From a virus, in IMG/VR virus record IMGVR_UViG_3300015242_000025, positions 3,476 to 67,475 of that record: a stretch of DNA of 64,000 bases; one strand, 5' to 3'. This document shows, piece by piece, positions 8,158 through 17,848 of this stretch. The notes under the pieces were generated by a model. The model searched no databases and had not been told where the DNA came from. It saw only the letters and a program-made list of their open reading frames with translations. Position 1 is the first letter of the stretch; every line of letters begins with the position of its first letter. The position numbers and the translations under genes were made by a program.

Positions 8158-9687
8158 CTATTCTCCATTTTCAATGAATCCATCATATCGTTTCAATGGA
8201 TTCTCTGTGTGGTATAGACCTACAATTGCATCATCAACCCGAGAGCCATCATCAAATAAATTACATATAGAAAAGAAAGGACAATCGTATGAACAATTCT
8301 CTCCTGGATTTGGATATGCAATAGTCAGAGGATTAGCGCCCGCGTCCAACTGATCTTGAGCTGTGAGTATATCGCGAGTTGCACTCAGAAGTCTAGTCTT
8401 ATATGCATCAATTTGATATTGATTATGTGTTACAGGAACTCGATCAAAGAATGGAGGATTAGCGGCACGTGTACGTTTCACTTTACGCAACATGTTATAT
8501 AGAGCACCGTCACAGCGCTCTTGACCTTGTTCAGTATTCAAATACTCCAACAAATGATAATGCAACATTTGCGGGTTAAGATGTAGCGTTTTTCTTGGCA
8601 TAGCAAAGTTTTGAACTGTCTTGTGATCCATAAATAAACGTACATTATCTGAGACACGAACAATACGAGCATCTAGTAAAGCAATTGCCTTTACTGGACG
8701 CATATCATGTTCGCGAATACTTGGTTTATAACCCATATCAACAGTGAGGTCAGCAGTAATAGCTGTTTCAGATGCGATTACTTTATAGTTAGAATCCTCT
8801 CCACTATCAGTAATCCATTCAATATAACCTTCAATCATGGCGCGTTCTAGACCAACGGCATCATTGAATTTAACTGACAATTCTTCTAACTGTTGTTCAT
8901 CATTTGTTTGTGCAGCAATTTGTGTCCAGTCATCTACAATGGCACGTTCCAAGGCGTCCCGTGGATCAGTAGGAGTTTGTCCATCAGGAACATAATATGC
9001 TGCCAATGCACGATGAACCCTATTACCAGTGTCCAAAGGAGAAAGATAATCACGATAGTTAGATGTCAATTCCCTATACCACTGCAACCACCATTTACGC
9101 CTACACCGTTGCCACGTAGAAATCTCACTGTTACTGATTAATTTAATTCCATCACGTGGTGATGTTAATTCTTTGATTCCACTATCAAACGTAGCTTTTA
9201 TCTCTTCAATTGTTTCGTCAGATGGATAGGCATAGTTTTCTTCTATCTCATCGGTTGATAATGTAACTTCAACATTGCTAAGATCAAATTCATTATTAGT
9301 AGAATTATGAACAAATTGATTTGATTCGTCTATATCTTCAGAGATATGCACACCATTAGCGCGTAATGCAGCGTCTAACCGCGCGGCGCGTTCATCTCCA
9401 GTTTCTCCTTTTTGTCTACCCTTTAGCACAGTAGGACTATTAGATTGGTCGTTATTATGCCTGCCCTGTCTTTTATCCCACAACTCCTGCAATTTTTTGA
9501 TGATAATTTTTCGCTCACCTGGAGAACGAAAATCATTTTTCTTTTCAATGCGAGTAATGGTTGTGGATGTAGTAAAATTACAAAGATCATTCAACTGTGC
9601 AGGAGTAAGTCCAGCATCTAAACGTAAATTCTTTACCCACTCTCCAGTTAGTTCTTCTGGAGTATTGGGGAATTCTGTTCTAGCCAT
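8158..9687 (-). CDS. Cas4/AddB-like PD-(D/E)XK exonuclease with N-terminal XRE-type HTH
   Basis: SNSEI.TWQRCRRKW, G..VH.AL, LD...DHKT, QM.HY, C...CPF..IC; N-terminal LRLDAGLTPAQL...ITRIEK. Confidence 0.85.
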   Translation of the reverse strand: MARTEFPNTPEELTGEWVKNLRLDAGLTPAQLNDLCNFTTSTTITRIEKKNDFRSPGERKIIIKKLQELWDKRQGRHNNDQSNSPTVLKGRQKGETGDERAARLDAALRANGVHISEDIDESNQFVHNSTNNEFDLSNVEVTLSTDEIEENYAYPSDETIEEIKATFDSGIKELTSPRDGIKLISNSEISTWQRCRRKWWLQWYRELTSNYRDYLSPLDTGNRVHRALAAYYVPDGQTPTDPRDALERAIVDDWTQIAAQTNDEQQLEELSVKFNDAVGLERAMIEGYIEWITDSGEDSNYKVIASETAITADLTVDMGYKPSIREHDMRPVKAIALLDARIVRVSDNVRLFMDHKTVQNFAMPRKTLHLNPQMLHYHLLEYLNTEQGQERCDGALYNMLRKVKRTRAANPPFFDRVPVTHNQYQIDAYKTRLLSATRDILTAQDQLDAGANPLTIAYPNPGENCSYDCPFFSICNLFDDGSRVDDAIVGLYHTENPLKRYDGFIENGE

Positions 9688-9849
9688 CTTTTCTCCGATG
9701 TAAACAAGGGCAAGATTTGTATGGTTGTGTCACAAGAGCTAAATGGCTATCAAGCTCTAGATTATTTTTAGCGCAATATTCTTTCCAGCTCTTTTTTCGC
9801 TTTTCATCATCACATCGATGATGATTACTTTCAGTACAAGATTTACAAA

Positions 9850-10038
9850 TCATTTGGTTTCTTCTGTTCCTTCTACCTCAAAATCAATTTCGTATCCGCT
9901 GTCTTCTGCACTTTTTACGGCTTCAACAAATTGACTATCTGTTAATTCATCATTATCAACATCAAATCCATCAGGAACGGATATAATACCAGTAGTACTT
10001 ACATCGGCACGCAAAAATACATTGATTTCTTTGCTCAT
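9850..10038 (-). CDS. small acidic hypothetical protein
   Basis: ORF with GGAG RBS in a packed operon. Confidence 0.6.
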   Translation of the reverse strand: MSKEINVFLRADVSTTGIISVPDGFDVDNDELTDSQFVEAVKSAEDSGYEIDFEVEGTEETK

Positions 10039-10039
10039 C

Positions 10040-11911
10040 TTATTCTCCTAAATCATCTTGTGATCGAATTTCTTGTTCTCTTACATACAGTTGATTCAAT
10101 TGTTGTTCAAGATCGTTTGGTTTGTGTAATTGCAATGCAATTTTATCTCGAGTAATTTCCTCGAGTTGTTCCATCTTCTGGTTTAACTTTTCTATTTGAT
10201 GTTCTTCAATGGAATCTTTGGTAACAATGTCAATAATATTGATATTAGTATGATGTTCTGAACCGATACGATGTACTCTATCTTCTGTCTGAATTTCCTT
10301 GATTAATGACCACGAACGCTGTAGACGAATGAGTGTATCAGCTCCGGACATGTCCAATCCTTCACTACCCGACCTAATCGTGAATATAATCGCTTGTATA
10401 GAACCTGATTTAAGGTCTTCGGTAGCTTGTTGTTGTTCCGATGACGGAATACCACCAACAATAAGCGAATGCTTAATGCCTGCATCTGCCAAACATTCAG
10501 CAGCCATCTTAGCCACATCGGTATGTTCACATGATAAAACAAACCGACGATCACCAAGTTCACTTAATACCTCTTTAAGGATATCAATTTTATGTGAAGG
10601 TGTTTTTATTGTAACATCCCAAGTGGTAACATCATCGGGATCAATTTTATCAACATGAATTGAACCGGCAGCAAATTGCATAAGACGCTGACGAGATACT
10701 AATTTATTTGTTGCGATATACGTTTGTCCATCAGGTAATACTGTACGTAATTTACTGTCAACTTCTTTATACATTTTTGTCTGTGCTGGTGACATTGTAG
10801 CATACCGAGTTTGACGTAATTTATCAGGTAACTGCGGCAAAACAATTTCTTTAATCATCCTACGAAATCTAGGATCAAGAACTTTATATGCTTCACTTTG
10901 TGTGTCAGGACGAAATCCGATAATATCCATCCCTCCGAACGCATTAAATGCCATCATTGCATAGCGTTCAATCCATTTAGATTTAGTTGGATATTCATCA
11001 GGAGAAACAGCATGCATTATTGACCAAAGATGTTCTACATTATCTGGCGTTCCTGTGACTGCCCAACGATGTAAAGTTGACGCTGAATGTGCAATCGCCC
11101 ACACAGCACGAGTTTGCTGTGATTTCGGATTGCCAATATGATGTGCTTCATCAATCACTACAGCTTTAAATGCAAATTGATTTAATTCTTTTGGATGAAC
11201 TTGACATTTTGATTCTTTGATATCATCTCCATATTTCGGATCACACACCTTGCATCGTAATAAATGTGTTGATCCGAATGGAGCCAATCTACTATAACTT
11301 TTAACTGATTCATAATTAACAATGATAAACGGATTCGGTGCATCCAACGCTTTCTGTAATATTCGTCGACCATTTACCGTGCCTCCATCAATAACAAATG
11401 GCTGACAATTACTAAACCAATATGCAGCACGTTTTGCCCAATGATATTTTACTGAATTAGGACAGATAACAATAGCTGGTAATGCATCATAAGCTAACTC
11501 TTGTAAGTACTCCAGCATTTGAATAGTTTTGCCAGTGCCAAGCTGATCACCCAATAACCCAGAACCGGCTATATGTAACCATTTAACACCGACATTTTGA
11601 AATGGATATAATTCTGGATCATCACCATCTTGTGGCGGAATTTGAATCAAAGAACGTAATGCTAATGATGGGTCAATGCGTGTTGTTCGTTCTCCCCATA
11701 TCCATTCTTTAATATCATCATGATAGGAAAGTTTATCAACGAACACACCACGTAATGCAACCATGGATGCCCATACTTTAGGCAATTTCCAGATTTTAAG
11801 TCTTGTGTCATATTTTGATCCTGGAATCAACTTAAGTAATTCAACTTCATTCCATGCAGCTTGAACCAACAAGTTATCTTTGTTGGTTGGATCAAGAAAT
11901 GCATAAGCCAT
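10040..11911 (-). CDS. SNF2-family helicase
   Basis: LYPFQ, DQLGTGKT, IDEAH, TGTP, SEGLDM, QTEDRVHRIG. Confidence 0.93.
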   Translation of the reverse strand: MAYAFLDPTNKDNLLVQAAWNEVELLKLIPGSKYDTRLKIWKLPKVWASMVALRGVFVDKLSYHDDIKEWIWGERTTRIDPSLALRSLIQIPPQDGDDPELYPFQNVGVKWLHIAGSGLLGDQLGTGKTIQMLEYLQELAYDALPAIVICPNSVKYHWAKRAAYWFSNCQPFVIDGGTVNGRRILQKALDAPNPFIIVNYESVKSYSRLAPFGSTHLLRCKVCDPKYGDDIKESKCQVHPKELNQFAFKAVVIDEAHHIGNPKSQQTRAVWAIAHSASTLHRWAVTGTPDNVEHLWSIMHAVSPDEYPTKSKWIERYAMMAFNAFGGMDIIGFRPDTQSEAYKVLDPRFRRMIKEIVLPQLPDKLRQTRYATMSPAQTKMYKEVDSKLRTVLPDGQTYIATNKLVSRQRLMQFAAGSIHVDKIDPDDVTTWDVTIKTPSHKIDILKEVLSELGDRRFVLSCEHTDVAKMAAECLADAGIKHSLIVGGIPSSEQQQATEDLKSGSIQAIIFTIRSGSEGLDMSGADTLIRLQRSWSLIKEIQTEDRVHRIGSEHHTNINIIDIVTKDSIEEHQIEKLNQKMEQLEEITRDKIALQLHKPNDLEQQLNQLYVREQEIRSQDDLGE

Positions 11912-11913
11912 CG

Positions 11914-12426
11914 TTAATCCTTTGATTCTTCAATCAATTTATCGAATAACCGCGCTCTATTTGTCGCCATGGCAAATAATGCGTGACGTACAGCCATATT
12001 GGCATCATTCGCATCAGCTTGTTCCACCTGATTTGGTGTAACATATATACCCATCTTTTTTAATTCTGTAATATCAGCAATACTTCGTGCATCAGCTGGA
12101 CCTTGCATAATTACTTTAACATTATGCTTAGTTCCTAATTGCTGAATAACACCAATCATTTGCTGTGCAGTAGGCTGATGTGAATGAGCACCGTGTCCTA
12201 AACTAACATATCGTTCACAGGCAATAATAACATTAGCTTCTTGTTTTACATAAGCCTCAAGAAAAGCATCTATATAAGACAATGCCCAATCAGAAGGACA
12301 TTGTTTTACGTAGACAAGTACGGAGCCATCAAAAACTGCAATACCCGTAGAATCCCCTGGATCGATTCCCATGGTAATGTCCACTGTTTCATCCTTTTCA
12401 ACAGGAGTCCTATGAGTATTGACCAT
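11914..12426 (-). CDS. RuvC-like Holliday junction resolvase
   Basis: MGIDPGDSTGIA, IACE, DANMA.RH. Confidence 0.75.
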   Translation of the reverse strand: MVNTHRTPVEKDETVDITMGIDPGDSTGIAVFDGSVLVYVKQCPSDWALSYIDAFLEAYVKQEANVIIACERYVSLGHGAHSHQPTAQQMIGVIQQLGTKHNVKVIMQGPADARSIADITELKKMGIYVTPNQVEQADANDANMAVRHALFAMATNRARLFDKLIEESKD

Positions 12427-12574
12427 AATATATTTTCTTTCTGTATATCTTCCTTGTACAATAAATCAAATATCGGATTCCATCCACAATCTTCAGAGTC
12501 TTGATAATAGGCAACACGTTTTCCTAATTCTAATTCAGTGATGTAAAAATCAGGCTGAGAAAATAATCTAATTA

Positions 12575-12775
12575 TTACTTCTTCGTATTGTCGATGGGAA
12601 TACAGAATATACACCACTGTATCCATCCGTGTTTCATCAAATAAATAGTGATGTCTTGTTCTGTCCAATTCTTTTTTAGTGCTAGTGTCCATGGAATCCC
12701 CCTACGCATAGATCTACAATTTGCGCGGTGGACCGTCTTGCCATCGCTTGAGCGATAAAATTTAATATCATTCAT
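12575..12775 (-). CDS. small Cys/His protein
   Basis: VHRANC...WCIFC; packed ORF. Confidence 0.55.
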   Translation of the reverse strand: MNDIKFYRSSDGKTVHRANCRSMRRGIPWTLALKKNWTEQDITIYLMKHGWIQWCIFCIPIDNTKK

Positions 12776-12910
12776 CAGAGTTTCCAAGTCCGGTCACAGT
12801 GCAAACACAGAAAAAACTTATATCCAGTGTGATCATTTATCGTTACTCTTATCCATGAAACACCACTTGTGTAGTCATGATGAAAACAATTATGTTGGAT
12901 AAATAAACGT

Positions 12911-13309
12911 TTAATTCTGTTCATTGGGAACTTCAAGATAAGTAATTTCTTTACCTGCTTCTACTGCATAATCAATTTTAGCTTGCGTGCCTTCGCCAAT
13001 ATAACCATCGACGTTGAGGATATGAACCCTATCAGCAAGATCGATCTTACGCAAGTGCAGTTGAAACAAATGCTCTTTATCTTCTTCAAGCGGATTAAAA
13101 ACACCAACTGATAAAACAACATAACCTTGAAGTGTCAACTCACTATTAGCTTTAGAATAAGCTCCCATAAATCGAGTTGATCCACAGAGGACAACAATTT
13201 CTGGTAGCGGTCCTTCTTTAAAATCAACAACTACATCATGATATTCATAGCAATCATCAGGTTCATGGCTAGTGGTATACGTGATTTCTTGGATTTCATT
13301 TACTGACAT
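12911..13309 (-). CDS. nucleoside 2-deoxyribosyltransferase-like (DUF4406-related) protein
   Basis: LCGSTRF, LHLRKIDLAD, NVDGYIGE.T..KI.YA...GK; TAATG overlap with polA. Confidence 0.7.
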   Translation of the reverse strand: MSVNEIQEITYTTSHEPDDCYEYHDVVVDFKEGPLPEIVVLCGSTRFMGAYSKANSELTLQGYVVLSVGVFNPLEEDKEHLFQLHLRKIDLADRVHILNVDGYIGEGTQAKIDYAVEAGKEITYLEVPNEQN

Positions 13310-15180
13310 TATATATCCTTCACTTCTCCCCATTTATCTCCAACAGATACTGTTGAAGTAATAGGTACGCTGAGTAGATCTTTGTCGTTCATCACTTCTT
13401 TAATAGTGTGTATAGCATCATCAACATCTTCATTAGGAACATCAAAATCTATTTCATCATGCACGGGTAAAATCATGTAATCACCAAGTCCAGCAGCATC
13501 AGCCTCTAGCATTTTATATTTAAGTATTTCTCCTGCTGTTCCTTGAATCAGATAATTCAATAATGCATATTCTTTTCCTAGATCGGCAGTGTGTTTTCGC
13601 TGTGTCATGGGAGATCGTACATAAGCAATACCAGAATCAGCAGCATTTCTTCTGCTTTGTGCTTCAGTTTGATTTTGTAATCTTCTAATTCCAGGATATT
13701 GTTGATCTAATTTAGCCAAGAAAGCCGCTGCCGCTGCTACATCTAATTGTCCTTCAGAAGTTCTTATATCAGCTGTCCATGCAAATTTTTCAGCACCAGC
13801 ACCATATGCCTTAGCGTACATTGCATTCTTAACAGGTTGGCGTCGTTCATCTTTCTTATTGATAGCTGAATCATCAAATATACGACGTGCCATAGAAACA
13901 AAGAAATCATCAGGAGAATTAAATGCATCAATTAGTCCAGCATCCCCGGACAAATGAGCAAGTACCCGCATCTCGATTTGATCGAAGTCAGCTTTAAGCC
14001 ATTTTGAATTATCGCTAGAAATAAAACAATTACGAATGCGTGCTCCCTCTTTGGTCCGCACTGGCACGTTTTGTAAGTTGGGACTATCCATTGACATGCG
14101 ACCAGTGCGTACTCCGAATTTTCCTCCAGATTCAAAGAGTGTTTTTGCCATACCTCCAACGGTGTTGATAGAGGGATGTATTCTGCCGTCCCGTTCAGAT
14201 AATTCAATATAATTATGTAAGTATGTCGATACAATTTTCGTCGCCTGCCTGTGTCCTAAAACGGCTCCGGCTAACGGATGATTAACATGTTGAAGATATT
14301 CTTTAGCTACGGAGTATTTTCCCGTTTTTAAAGACTTATGAACTAGAGGAACACCAGCATTAACTAATGCTGCAGCAACTGAATCATTAGATCCCGGACT
14401 AAGATGATAGTATTCTTTACACCATTCTTCAACAAGTTGTTTATATTCAAGTAACTCATCATGGAATTGCTGTGTGTATTCTTTGTCAATACGTGTACCT
14501 TTGCGTGACATCTTTTCACAAATCCATGATACCGCGCGTTCTAATTCATAAGATTTTGGTGCTTCTGCTTTTACTGTAGGCCAAATGGCATTTTTCAATC
14601 TTACAGTTAATACGGGATCAAGAGCACCATAAATCCAATATGGTTCGTAGGTAATAGGAACTGTTGCCCAGGTCCACCCGCCATGTGTACCAATTCCATC
14701 ATTCAATAATTGTTGTGCTGCGCCTGCGCGAGGATCAACATAACGTTGTGCTGCATTTTTTAATGCAAGTGATCCAGTTGATGATAAAACATGTAGCATT
14801 AATCGAGTATCATGAATTTTATCAATAGGAATATGAATTCCTTCATGTGCTATCATCGAACGGTCATATGTCATGTTGTGCATGACATATTCACCAGTAA
14901 ATCTATTAACAACATTTTCAACAATTCCTCCCCAACGTTCAAAGGGAATTGCCCAGCCATGCATTTCATCACCAATTTGAACGAGACGTACTCGATCTTT
15001 ATCTTTATCTAATCCAGTAGTCTCACAATCGAATCCAATTTCATCATGATTACCTAGCCAATCATGAAAATCATGAACATCTTCCATCGTCTCTATCAGA
15101 TGTGCTTTTGCTTCATCTAATGGACGATAAGCTTGTTGAACTATAGTTGGCCTATCGTGCACTAATATTTTGTCAGTCAT
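13309..15180 (-). CDS. polA: DNA polymerase I family A (3'-5' exonuclease + polymerase)
   Basis: FDCETTGL, RTGRMS..PNLQNVP, ADFDQIEMR, K...Y...YG, NYLIQGTA, VHDEI. Confidence 0.96.
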   Translation of the reverse strand: MTDKILVHDRPTIVQQAYRPLDEAKAHLIETMEDVHDFHDWLGNHDEIGFDCETTGLDKDKDRVRLVQIGDEMHGWAIPFERWGGIVENVVNRFTGEYVMHNMTYDRSMIAHEGIHIPIDKIHDTRLMLHVLSSTGSLALKNAAQRYVDPRAGAAQQLLNDGIGTHGGWTWATVPITYEPYWIYGALDPVLTVRLKNAIWPTVKAEAPKSYELERAVSWICEKMSRKGTRIDKEYTQQFHDELLEYKQLVEEWCKEYYHLSPGSNDSVAAALVNAGVPLVHKSLKTGKYSVAKEYLQHVNHPLAGAVLGHRQATKIVSTYLHNYIELSERDGRIHPSINTVGGMAKTLFESGGKFGVRTGRMSMDSPNLQNVPVRTKEGARIRNCFISSDNSKWLKADFDQIEMRVLAHLSGDAGLIDAFNSPDDFFVSMARRIFDDSAINKKDERRQPVKNAMYAKAYGAGAEKFAWTADIRTSEGQLDVAAAAAFLAKLDQQYPGIRRLQNQTEAQSRRNAADSGIAYVRSPMTQRKHTADLGKEYALLNYLIQGTAGEILKYKMLEADAAGLGDYMILPVHDEIDFDVPNEDVDDAIHTIKEVMNDKDLLSVPITSTVSVGDKWGEVKDI

Positions 15181-15467
15181 GTTTTAGTACAACCTGGAAA
15201 ATGCATATCATTATCAAATTTATTGCTATGGTGAAGGTTTGCACCGCAACCTGAACATACAGTAGGATTTAATCCAAAGAATTTAGTACCTGATAACTTA
15301 TTAGTTCTATCAGATTTCCATCGTGCCATCCAAATTTTTTCTAGGGCACTATCTAATCTACGAGAAATACGAGGCGATTGGATTCTAGTTTCCATCGTCT
15401 CACGAACTATTTTTAATAGTGTTGCTGCTTCTGGATCAGTCAATACCACTGTAATCTCAGTGGGCAT
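15177..15467 (-). CDS. hypothetical protein with C-terminal CxxC..H..C
   Basis: ORF overlapping the polA start. Confidence 0.6.
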   Translation of the reverse strand: MPTEITVVLTDPEAATLLKIVRETMETRIQSPRISRRLDSALEKIWMARWKSDRTNKLSGTKFFGLNPTVCSGCGANLHHSNKFDNDMHFPGCTKT

Positions 15468-15702
15468 TTTGTTCTACTCCTTCTGCAAATGAATTATTAA
15501 TAGTAATCGTTAACGTAACTACACCTTCATAATTGGTATCAACAGCAGAGTCACCGTTATATATACAACCGTATTTATTGTACCAAGAAGTGTAGGAATT
15601 AACGATACCACGTAGCCAGATATGATCGCTTTGATCATTATCAATTAAATATTCATATGATTCAAGGTATTCAATAACGCCGGGATCGGCAGGTATTTTC
15701 AT
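15457..15702 (-). CDS. hypothetical protein (MKIPADPG...)
   Basis: AGGA RBS before ATG 15702. Confidence 0.6.
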   Translation of the reverse strand: MKIPADPGVIEYLESYEYLIDNDQSDHIWLRGIVNSYTSWYNKYGCIYNGDSAVDTNYEGVVTLTITINNSFAEGVEQNAH

Positions 15703-15721
15703 TAAATGAATTCCTAAATTA

Positions 15722-16152
15722 AAATGGGTCCGTTTACAGCCCGTCCGGACCAACGACGGTCGAGAACGTGAATCCGCGGATTCTCGCCTTCTCATTTACT
15801 CAATTATAAGACGAAGACGGCAGTAGACCTCTTATAGTTTTTCAATGACACGTGGTGCTTATGAAGTTTAAATCCGATGAAGGAGAGAGATAATATAATA
15901 TTTATTCTCTCCCCCATCGGCACATGAATAATCCCGTGGGAGGTTATTCATATGTTATAACAGAAAATATTAGATAAATCACCAACAGAATCACATGAAA
16001 TACGGGGGAATTCATGCGACCGTTCCCCGGATTAATCTAATATTCCTGACTTTGTTATTTAATTGTAGGAGAAAGCGGATAGAATTTTATGACAACAACG
16101 ACAATAATTCTATCCGCTTTCCCGTCTTCAACAGGAGGTCCAGCGCCTGCTC
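15722..16152 (-). ncRNA. candidate large structured ncRNA with several pseudoknots
   Basis: Contiguous hairpins, two H-type pseudoknots, two long-range pairings, G-U pairs favouring the minus strand, TATAGT -10 at 16165-16170. Confidence 0.7.
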
Positions 16153-16192
16153 TTTAAATCTATCACTATATGGACAAGATCACCAGCACTTT

Positions 16193-17008
16193 TTACGGAG
16201 TGCAGCTGGTCGTGATATTTCCATCACTTGTACCTTGTCCATCATCACCTGGTTTAATTCCATCATTCCAGGTCTGAGTATGGCAACCTAAAGTATACTG
16301 CCAAAGATAAGTGCTAATATTGATGGAACCAAAATAAGTTCCATTGGGGAAAAATTGCTTTACCCAATCAGTTGTACTAAATAATCCATGGCCGTCTTGA
16401 TGTGTAGTAACCAATGAACCGTCAGGCTTATTGGAACTGGCGTAGAATTCTACTTTTCCGCCGCCTTGGAATGTTCCATTATATGCGTTATCAATTGCCC
16501 CACCTAAACCAGTGTTGGGTGCAGCATGACCGCTGACAGTTGTAAAAGTTCCGCCACTATCAACCAATGATGCGGTATAGAAATAACATTGCGCTGCACT
16601 TCCGCCACAATTACCAGCATCAACAGGATTTTGTCGAGTAACTGTAACTGTACGTGTCATATTATCAACTGCCCAGCCTGAGCTTTCTGGCCAATTAATA
16701 ATTGATGTTTGTGCGGTTGAAGTTTCAGCAACAGCGGAATCGACACCTGGAGCGCCATTTCCTTCTGCCCAATTTACTCGCGTTGCCCATGATGAACAAC
16801 CTGGATAAGTGTTTGTTCCGTCATAAACATAAAAACGACCGCCAACAAGTGCATGCGTAGAAGGATTTACACATCCCCACAATAGCGGTTTATCGGTGGA
16901 TGCCTGCAATGAATGTGATGCATTTGCTGAACTACCGAAAAGCAATACTGCCATTCCAGCAGTCAATGCGGCGATACCAAGTACCGCCAAAATTCTCTTG
17001 AGTTTCAC
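16193..17008 (-). CDS. secreted protein with Sec signal peptide
   Basis: MKLKRILAVLGIAALTAGMAVLLFGSSANA cleavage-type N-terminus; paired Cys; Gly/Thr-rich. Confidence 0.75.
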   Translation of the reverse strand: MKLKRILAVLGIAALTAGMAVLLFGSSANASHSLQASTDKPLLWGCVNPSTHALVGGRFYVYDGTNTYPGCSSWATRVNWAEGNGAPGVDSAVAETSTAQTSIINWPESSGWAVDNMTRTVTVTRQNPVDAGNCGGSAAQCYFYTASLVDSGGTFTTVSGHAAPNTGLGGAIDNAYNGTFQGGGKVEFYASSNKPDGSLVTTHQDGHGLFSTTDWVKQFFPNGTYFGSINISTYLWQYTLGCHTQTWNDGIKPGDDGQGTSDGNITTSCTP

Positions 17009-17247
17009 GTGTTCTCCATCGTAGTTGTTTCCTTATTCTTTTCAACTGCTGCACGAACAAAACAATCTTTTGCTTCAAGCAATTTACGTAATCCAACAGT
17101 AACTTCTGGACCATCGAATTGTTCAGCCATTCTCATTGCAATGTTTTTAAATGGTACGCTGACATATTGTAAATCTGCTGGTAAATGTGAATAATCAAAA
17201 TGTCGTAATATCTGTGCTACAGCTGGATGTGCAAATTGATCAGCCAT
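17005..17247 (-). CDS. conserved small helical phage protein (F.YSHLP..LQ...GLRKLLEAKDC.VRA family)
   Basis: Recognisable widespread motif; AGGAG RBS. Confidence 0.75.
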   Translation of the reverse strand: MADQFAHPAVAQILRHFDYSHLPADLQYVSVPFKNIAMRMAEQFDGPEVTVGLRKLLEAKDCFVRAAVEKNKETTTMENT

Positions 17248-17275
17248 CTATTTTCTCCTTTGTTTTTATAAAACG

Positions 17276-17359
17276 TACGGGTAACGGGACTCGAACCCGT
17301 AAGTCCTTTCAGACAATTGATTTTAAGTCAATCGCGGTTGCCAATTTCGCCATACCCGC
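17276..17359 (-). tRNA. tRNA-Leu (anticodon TAA)
   Basis: GCGGGTA/TACCCGT acceptor, ATTGA-CTTAAAA-TCAAT anticodon arm, long variable arm, GTTCGAGTC T-arm. Confidence 0.93.
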
Positions 17360-17380
17360 AAACCTATTAAATTTTAAATA

Positions 17381-17848
17381 TTAAAATCCTCCAGCAGCAA
17401 TTTCCTGAACATCTTCAATCAAACGAGAAAAATGTTTTACATATAGACGAGCAATTTTACCATTTGTTGTTCGACCATCAGTCGATGATACCATTGACTG
17501 CCAATGAGCCAAATCAACTTCTAATCGTGACAAAACTGTATCGGCACGAATACCTTGCCACTCACTGCCTTGTTCACGATTTGCAGTTAGAAAATAAACA
17601 GACTTATTGTTAATTTTTTTGATTGGTACAGTGTATCCATGTAAATCATCATTTGGATCACCGTTAAATGTACCAAGACGTAAACGCAATTGACGAATTA
17701 CTTTGAATGCTCGTTTTCTTCCGGAACCATTGGATTCAAATGTATCTAAATTAAGAATATCACCTATTTGGTGGATATCCAATCCATTCGGTGATTTAAC
17801 AAAAGCATCAAATAACTGAACAATTTGATTATCAATCTGATTAACCAT
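17381..17848 (-). CDS. putative winged-helix DNA-binding protein
   Basis: PNGLDIHQIGDILNL...AFKVIRQLR pattern; coupled to the upstream ORF. Confidence 0.55.
   Translation of the reverse strand: MVNQIDNQIVQLFDAFVKSPNGLDIHQIGDILNLDTFESNGSGRKRAFKVIRQLRLRLGTFNGDPNDDLHGYTVPIKKINNKSVYFLTANREQGSEWQGIRADTVLSRLEVDLAHWQSMVSSTDGRTTNGKIARLYVKHFSRLIEDVQEIAAGGF

Noticed and set aside
15722-16152. tmRNA, RNase P RNA or self-splicing intron identity; ORF 15995..16291
   Set aside because: No tRNA-like ends, no GAGGAAAGUCC, no interrupted gene; the ORF is antisense and lacks an RBS
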